Shown here piece by piece: positions 58,771 through 64,000 of a stretch of 64,000 nucleotides of DNA. The notes under the pieces were generated by a model. It was not told the DNA's origin and searched no databases. It saw nothing but the letters and a program-made list of their open reading frames with translations. The number at the start of each line of letters is the position of its first letter. The stretch's first letter is position 1. Made by a program: the position numbers and the translations under genes. The DNA is from Maridesulfovibrio sp. (GTDB lineage: Bacteria > Desulfobacterota > Desulfovibrionia > Desulfovibrionales > Desulfovibrionaceae), in NCBI RefSeq assembly GCF_965140835.1, contig NZ_OZ223526.1. The stretch is one strand, 5' to 3'.

Positions 58771-58812
58771 AAGGCCCGGTCATCATACAGATGATTACGG
58801 GCCTTTTCATTT
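58771..58812. terminator. Hairpin terminator between convergent genes
   Basis: AAGGCCCGGTCATCAT-ACAG-ATGATTACGGGCCTT followed by TTCATTTT. Confidence 0.6.
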
Positions 58813-58835
58813 TAGACTCTAATTTTCATAAGGTA

Positions 58836-59852
58836 TTAAATCTTCTGAGCCGAAACGAGTAGTATACCCTTACTGGAATCGCTCCACGATCTTCGAAAAT
58901 TACCGAATCCGCACTCACGTAATTCAGCTTCCAGTTCATCCGGCTCTATAAAGTGGGAAAAGTCGCCAGCGAAAATTGTTAAAACCTCAAGAGACGCAAT
59001 GGTATGGGCAGACATGGGGCTTCCGCTTTTCGCGTAATGATTGGCGCAGAACCATCCGCCAGACCTAATGGATTTAGCTATCTTTTGCAGCAATGGTTTC
59101 AAGTTGCCGCGGCAGGAGTAAAGCACATGAGATGCAAATATCAAATCAAAATTCTTTTGGGGAAGCTCATCCTCACGCATATCAAGCCCAACGGAACTGA
59201 TACGATCACCGTAGCCTTTTTCCTTGCATCTTTCTTCGGACAAAGGAGCAACGTGTGGAAGATCAAGAATAACACCATGCATTTTCGGGTTTAGATCAAG
59301 CAGTGACATGGTGTAATTGCCGTGATTACCTCCAAGATCACCCATGAGCAGGAAATCATCAAACCCGGGTAGAGTGCTTACGGCATAAGCAGTTTCATGC
59401 AGTCCGCTGCTGAGGGATTCCTGAGCGGTGCCTTCCATAGCATCATGCGCAGCCCATTTCGCATCAGTATCATCGCTCTTACTGGTTTCACCCCGTAACA
59501 ATTCCCCCATTTCCCGGCTAACCATGGAGCAGAAATCCATGGTCAGTCCCAGAGCCAGCCCCTGATACAACGGTGATGTACTTACCAAATATTCTGTTGC
59601 TAAATGGGTATTTGAAAAACGTCCATCAGCACTTTGCACCAGATTGCAGGCTTCCAGAAGATCAAGCATGGCCCGGAGCTTAAGCTCATCAAATTCCAAG
59701 GACTCTGCCAGCTCTTTTACGCTGCCCGGCTTTATTTCAAGGGCATCAAAAAGCCTGGAATTAACGGCCTCCATAATAACCCGCGAAGTAACGCCGCGGA
59801 TAATCAAACTGTGTATCGGTGAAAAATCCTGTTCGGGCTTTGGATAGTTCAT
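58836..59852 (-). CDS. SAM-dependent O-methyltransferase (dimerisation domain + class I MTase, PF00891-like)
   Basis: N-terminal winged-helix-like region. SAM motif LLMGDLGGNHGNY. DLIFASHVLY. Confidence 0.8.
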   Translation of the reverse strand: MNYPKPEQDFSPIHSLIIRGVTSRVIMEAVNSRLFDALEIKPGSVKELAESLEFDELKLRAMLDLLEACNLVQSADGRFSNTHLATEYLVSTSPLYQGLALGLTMDFCSMVSREMGELLRGETSKSDDTDAKWAAHDAMEGTAQESLSSGLHETAYAVSTLPGFDDFLLMGDLGGNHGNYTMSLLDLNPKMHGVILDLPHVAPLSEERCKEKGYGDRISSVGLDMREDELPQKNFDLIFASHVLYSCRGNLKPLLQKIAKSIRSGGWFCANHYAKSGSPMSAHTIASLEVLTIFAGDFSHFIEPDELEAELRECGFGNFRRSWSDSSKGILLVSAQKI

Positions 59853-59865
59853 GAAATCCTCCGAA

Positions 59866-59886
59866 AGTGTTTAGTAACTAAACACT
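59866..59886. promoter_or_regulatory. Palindromic operator candidate (site 1)
   Basis: AGTGTTTAG-TAA-CTAAACACT is a perfect inverted repeat, located between the marR stop and the methyltransferase RBS. Confidence 0.45.
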
Positions 59887-59898
59887 TAGGCTAAAAAA

Positions 59899-60363
59899 TT
59901 ATTTTTGATAATTATCCATCCATTCATCCATCTTACTACAGATCTCATCAAACATGCGTAGTTCCTCCTCAGGCATAGCACACAGGTAGTCTATAAAAGC
60001 CCGATCATGATCCAGGTGAAATTTATAATGATTTGCACTGGCTTCCCTGCCCAGATCTGTCAGGCGCAGGACAACTTTTGATCCGTTATCGGGATCAGTC
60101 TCTTTGACAATCAAACCTTTTTTAACAAGCTTGCTAACCAGCTGTGATGCGGCTCCTTTCGTAACCCCTGACTCGCGGGCCAGCTCGGTAACCCCGCACC
60201 CGCCCAGCTGATCTACAGCTGAAAGAGTATGTATCTCAGAGGGGTACAACTTAATACCGATTCCAAAATCAAAGGAGTTACGCTCGACCATGTTGAACTT
60301 TGCCAATACCTTACCGAGGCCACGCATCCGGGGCATTATTTCTTCTATCGTTCTCATAATCAT
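59899..60363 (-). CDS. MarR-family transcriptional regulator
   Basis: Winged-HTH core HTLSAVDQLGGCGVTELARESGVTKGAASQLVSKLVKKGLIVKETDPDNGSKVVLRLTDLG. Confidence 0.85.
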   Translation of the reverse strand: MIMRTIEEIMPRMRGLGKVLAKFNMVERNSFDFGIGIKLYPSEIHTLSAVDQLGGCGVTELARESGVTKGAASQLVSKLVKKGLIVKETDPDNGSKVVLRLTDLGREASANHYKFHLDHDRAFIDYLCAMPEEELRMFDEICSKMDEWMDNYQK

Positions 60364-60382
60364 AGTGTTTAGCTGCTAAACA
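60364..60382. promoter_or_regulatory. Palindromic operator candidate (site 2)
   Basis: AGTGTTTAG-CTG-CTAAACA has the same half-sites as site 1. It abuts the marR start codon, in the divergent region shared with the hydrolase gene. Confidence 0.45.
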
Positions 60383-60436
60383 ATATCCGGTCAAGTGATT
60401 ATTTACAAACAATATGAGTATTGATACATATACAAT

Positions 60437-61732
60437 ATGAAAAATAATAATATTCGGCAGGGAAGAAGATTAATCTCTTTTTTATGCACAATGTTGCTGA
60501 GCTTACTATGCATGCATACTTTCGCGCATGCAAAAACAGCACAATTTCCCATTGCCGACCCATATGAAGCCACCATTTTCGGCACGCCACCTGAGCTTAT
60601 ATATAAATTTAAAGAACCTACAGAACCTGAAAAATGCGAAATAGTTATTGAGCGGCGCAGAATTCCGGACATATTCTGGTATGACGATGAGTTTTACTAC
60701 ACAACAGCCATGCATGAAGAAAAAGCTCCACTACTCTTCATCATTGCCGGAACTGGTTCAGAACATAACTCTACTAAAATGAATTTCCTCACCCAGCTTT
60801 TTTACGAAGCCGGGTTCCACGTAGTGGCCCTTTCTTCTCCGACACATATGAATTTCGTGGTCAGCTTTTCAAAATACGGGGCACCGGGATACGTCCCGTA
60901 TGATGTGGAAGACCTCTACCGGGCCATGCGCTGGATAAAAGAAGATCTGGAAGGCACTTATAAAATAAGTGGATACAGCATAACAGGATACAGTCTTGGC
61001 GGACTCCACTCTGCGTTTCTGGCCAAGAAGGATGAGGAACTACATGACTTCAACTTCCGGCGGGTGCTCATGCTCAACCCTCCGGTAAGCCTGTATTCAT
61101 CAGCTCTTCGTTTTGATTCATGGCTCAGCCCGGAAAACCTGGGAACTAAAACTCCCCGGCAAGTAGTGAACGAGCTTATAGAGGCTTTTTCGGAAATCTA
61201 CGTGCAATCAGACATAGTCGACCTTGATGATAACTTCCTTTACGCACTTTCCCAGCACGCCAACTTTTCTAAGATGGATATGAAAGCGATTATTGCAAGT
61301 GCGTTCAGAATGTCATCTGCAAGCATGATCTTCAGCTCCGATGTCTGCCTCAACGCCGGTTATATTGTCCCGGTAAACAGGCAATTGAGCGTGGGTGACA
61401 ACCTCATGCCCTACATGCGTGTTGCGGCGGCAATCACCTTCGAAGATTATATTGATGAGTACCTGCTCCCCTACCTGCAATTCCTGAAACCGGGAACCAC
61501 CAAGGGTGAACTGATAAAAAACTGCGATCTGGAAAGTATCAAGGAATACCTTAGCAAATCAGAAAAGATATTCGTACTCGGCAATGAGGATGACATCATT
61601 CTGAACGATGCTGATATAAATTTCCTGCGTACCACCTTCAAAGACCGGGTTTTCCTTTTCCCACATGGCGGTCATTGCGGCAACTTAATGTTCGAGCCAT
61701 TTGCACGTAAAGCACAGGAGCTACTCAGATGA
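60437..61732 (+). CDS. Secreted alpha/beta-hydrolase-fold protein (putative lipase/esterase)
   Basis: Signal peptide (LLSLLCMHTFAHA) and nucleophile elbow GYSLGG. The stop codon overlaps the mlaA start (ATGA). Confidence 0.7.
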   Translation: MKNNNIRQGRRLISFLCTMLLSLLCMHTFAHAKTAQFPIADPYEATIFGTPPELIYKFKEPTEPEKCEIVIERRRIPDIFWYDDEFYYTTAMHEEKAPLLFIIAGTGSEHNSTKMNFLTQLFYEAGFHVVALSSPTHMNFVVSFSKYGAPGYVPYDVEDLYRAMRWIKEDLEGTYKISGYSITGYSLGGLHSAFLAKKDEELHDFNFRRVLMLNPPVSLYSSALRFDSWLSPENLGTKTPRQVVNELIEAFSEIYVQSDIVDLDDNFLYALSQHANFSKMDMKAIIASAFRMSSASMIFSSDVCLNAGYIVPVNRQLSVGDNLMPYMRVAAAITFEDYIDEYLLPYLQFLKPGTTKGELIKNCDLESIKEYLSKSEKIFVLGNEDDIILNDADINFLRTTFKDRVFLFPHGGHCGNLMFEPFARKAQELLR

Positions 61733-62616
61733 TGCGCAAACTTTTCTGCCTTATGCTGCTCTGTCTGCTGCTCCCGGGTTGCGCAACCATTATCAAGGAT
61801 GACCCTTCCCTCAAGCTCAAGCCTCAGGGTTTCATCGCTCCGGTTTCACACGCTCCATACAGGGGCAAAGCAAATATCAAAGAAGCTGAGCTGGATTTTC
61901 TGAATGTCTATGACCCATGGGATCCCATGAACCGCTATATTTATTCATTCAATGCCCGCTTTGACAGGGCTATTTATATTCCGGCAATGGATATCTACAC
62001 TACGGTTTTGCCTTTACCGGTACGCCACGGCGTGAACAATGCAATCAACAACCTGAATGAAGTAAAATCTTTCACCAACGGTATTCTGCAGTTCAACGGT
62101 CATAAAGTAGGCAGAGCTTTTTCCCGTTTCCTGATCAACTCTTCAATCGGTGTGCTCGGCATATTCGACGTCGCCTCCATGTGGGATCTGAAAAAAATGG
62201 AAACCGGATTTGCGGATACACTGGGTGTCTGGGGCGTTCCCCCCGGTCCGTACGTTGTTCTCCCTCTGCTGGGTCCTTCCAGTGTGCGCGACAGTGGCGG
62301 TGCCCTTGGAGACTTCGCGCTCCTGTATTATGAAATGAACTATCTCTATGACCTTGCCGGAGTAACGGATGGCCGCACCGAAATAGCCATAGGAGAATCA
62401 ATAATCCGAGGTCTCAACCTACGTGCAAATGTACCCTTCCGCTACTACCAGACCGGCTCACCGTTTGAGTATGACATGATTCGATTTCTCTACAGCAAAA
62501 AACGCGAACTGGATATGGAACGCGAAAAAATGGGGATCACCAGTGGAGAAAGACCGTATATGAAACAAGGATTTGATACTCTCCGCAAAAACCGGGAACC
62601 AGAATACAACCAATAA
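61729..62616 (+). CDS. mlaA: MlaA/VacJ-family outer-membrane lipoprotein
   Basis: Lipobox LLPGCA. DPWDPMNRYIYSFNARFDRAIYIPAMDIY...NNLNEVKSFTNGILQ...GPYVVLPLLGPSSVRD. Confidence 0.85.
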   Translation: MMRKLFCLMLLCLLLPGCATIIKDDPSLKLKPQGFIAPVSHAPYRGKANIKEAELDFLNVYDPWDPMNRYIYSFNARFDRAIYIPAMDIYTTVLPLPVRHGVNNAINNLNEVKSFTNGILQFNGHKVGRAFSRFLINSSIGVLGIFDVASMWDLKKMETGFADTLGVWGVPPGPYVVLPLLGPSSVRDSGGALGDFALLYYEMNYLYDLAGVTDGRTEIAIGESIIRGLNLRANVPFRYYQTGSPFEYDMIRFLYSKKRELDMEREKMGITSGERPYMKQGFDTLRKNREPEYNQ

Positions 62617-62657
62617 GGAAGGGACCTAAATGGCCCCTTTTTTATTGTATTCCTGAT

Positions 62658-63494
62658 TTAGTGACTGTCTATTTTAGGCCTTATACGCTCATTAGGAACC
62701 TCGAAAACCAAAGTCGCTGTCCTCTTTTCTTGCAGAAAATCGGGGCTTTCCTTAATCGGCTTCTTCTTGGTAAAGAAACGGACAAACCAACGTCCGGTCA
62801 CATCAATAGGCAATTTGATTTTACCGTCAACTATCTGCTGGCGCGGGATATACATGTCCTCAGCCTGAGTGGAAAAACCATTGTAGGTCGCATCCCAGTA
62901 GCCATCACCATGGTAGGGTTTGCCATCCATGTAGACCTGCATTTCAAGAACATCCCCCTTCTTGAGCATGGACACATCTTTTGCCGGAACCAGCTCCATA
63001 GGCATGCCCACTACAGCCGGAAACACGGCGGATGGATTTTCGCAGACAACGTATGTCTTAGTCCACTGACTGCTGCGCAGACTGGAAACAATTTTGGAAG
63101 CTCGGTTGGCAACGGCGCTCATGGGCTTGATGGAATGATGCTTACGGTCTTTTTTATCCATCCATGTAGTAAAGTGACCGGGATTTGTTGCCGCCGTTAG
63201 CACATAAGTTCCGGGCATGTCATAATTGATGACATAGGAATGAAGAGACTTTTCGTCCCGAAGCTTAATCTTATAGGTTTTACCGTCTGGCTGCTGCACG
63301 CTCACGTGATTGAGCTTCTTCATGCGCACGGCATCATCAACCGGAATATGGTGCCCGTAGCAAAAAAACATCGGAGACTTCTTACCTTCTGAAACATGAT
63401 AGCGCCCTGCCTGAATATACAATGAATGGGCTGACGCTGCAGCCGGTAAAAGTATCATTAACGACATGAAAAGGGAGATCAATTTTTTAAGCAT
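62658..63494 (-). CDS. DUF4198-family periplasmic protein (Ni/Co-uptake-associated family)
   Basis: Signal peptide ending AAASAHS, then LYIQAGRYHV...YGHHIP. The ATG at 63494 follows a GAGG RBS. Confidence 0.7.
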   Translation of the reverse strand: MLKKLISLFMSLMILLPAAASAHSLYIQAGRYHVSEGKKSPMFFCYGHHIPVDDAVRMKKLNHVSVQQPDGKTYKIKLRDEKSLHSYVINYDMPGTYVLTAATNPGHFTTWMDKKDRKHHSIKPMSAVANRASKIVSSLRSSQWTKTYVVCENPSAVFPAVVGMPMELVPAKDVSMLKKGDVLEMQVYMDGKPYHGDGYWDATYNGFSTQAEDMYIPRQQIVDGKIKLPIDVTGRWFVRFFTKKKPIKESPDFLQEKRTATLVFEVPNERIRPKIDSH

Positions 63495-63605
63495 CTGGTG
63501 AACCTCAATATTTATAATGTTACGCGTTACTCCCAAACTGGTAACGAAGTTAGTTTTCATTATCAAGTAAATATAAATACTGTTTACTAAGGAGAGCTGT
63601 CCCGA

Positions 63606-64000
63606 TTATACCTGCCTGCTGAACCTGCTACGGTATTCACGGGGGCTCACTCCGGTCAAACGTTTAAATAAACGCCTGAATGAAGAACCGTTATCGTACC
63701 CCACCGCCACAGTGATTTCTTCAACACTTTTGGCGCTTACTTCCAGCAGATGCCGTGCTGCCTCAATCCTCAACTGCTGCAAATAGTTGTTTGGAGTCAT
63801 GCCGGTAGCTGCTTTAAATCGGCGCAGAAAAGTGCGTTCTCCGAGACTTGATTTCTCGGCAAGCATGGCGATCCGCATTGGCTTGCTGTAATTTTCCTGC
63901 ATCCATTTCTGAACATCCGCTATCTGATGATCACCGAATCCCTGAACTCCGGACTTGGCTTCAAACATAAAGTACGGAGTCTGCACATCCCGGGTGGAAT
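63606..64000 (-). CDS. AraC-family transcriptional regulator. Only the C-terminal HTH part is present; the N-terminus lies outside the window.
   Basis: FLRRFKAATGMTPNNYLQQLRIEAARHLL...VGYDNGSSFRRLFKRLTGVSPREYR. The frame remains open to 64000. Confidence 0.8.
   Translation of the reverse strand, partial: STRDVQTPYFMFEAKSGVQGFGDHQIADVQKWMQENYSKPMRIAMLAEKSSLGERTFLRRFKAATGMTPNNYLQQLRIEAARHLLEVSAKSVEEITVAVGYDNGSSFRRLFKRLTGVSPREYRSRFSRQV

Overview
This 64 kb window reads as core chromosome of a sulfate-reducing deltaproteobacterium. A Desulfovibrionaceae origin is inferred from qrcAB, a canonical dsrC and the gene order; no search was run. I found no rRNA, CRISPR array, transposase, integrase or recognisable phage or defence genes.

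Gene content from left to right:
- qrcB (partial) and qrcA
- rfbC, cvpA, mazG
- a YjfB-like small motility gene
- an 891-aa multidomain enzyme
- a Cache-HAMP-PAS chemoreceptor
- katG
- an orphan NarL-type response regulator flanked by two tRNA-Ser genes
- a long minus-strand run: der, mtnA, gatB, mltA, a 581-aa unknown protein, nadK
- a flagellar region: unknown ORF-flgM on the plus strand, then csrA-fliW, flgL, flgK, flgN-like, a rod-binding FlgJ-like gene, flgI, flgH, flgA, flgG, flgF on the minus strand
- the rimP-nusA-ylxR-infB-DUF503-rbfA-nrnA-truB-rpsO-pnp superoperon
- a PaaK-like ligase, a prepilin peptidase, lpxB, dsrC, ddl, waaA, kdsB, carA, gmhB
- a small accessory-looking end cluster: MarR, O-methyltransferase, secreted alpha/beta hydrolase-MlaA, DUF4198, AraC

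Reading the intergenic DNA directly gave these regulatory signals:
- two sigma28-type promoters (yjfB-like gene, flgM operon)
- two good sigma54 -24/-12 elements (both flagellar operons), plus a weaker one ahead of the 891-aa enzyme
- many intrinsic terminators
- a promoter-plus-terminator leader ahead of rimP
- a long pnp leader hairpin
- a repeated palindromic operator flanking the marR gene

I did not find a convincing multi-gene novel system. The best candidates for unexplored biology are:
1. the sulfatase-like + 2xGT2 fusion protein sitting among motility genes
2. the DUF89-like 581-aa protein tightly coupled to NAD kinase
3. a self-contained promoter-ORF-terminator unit encoding a 90-aa GPAG-repeat protein between the rod operon and rimP
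4. stacked terminators bracketing a possible sRNA between mtnA and der
5. the MarR-controlled methyltransferase / hydrolase-MlaA module

All family assignments come from motif recognition by eye. No searches were run.
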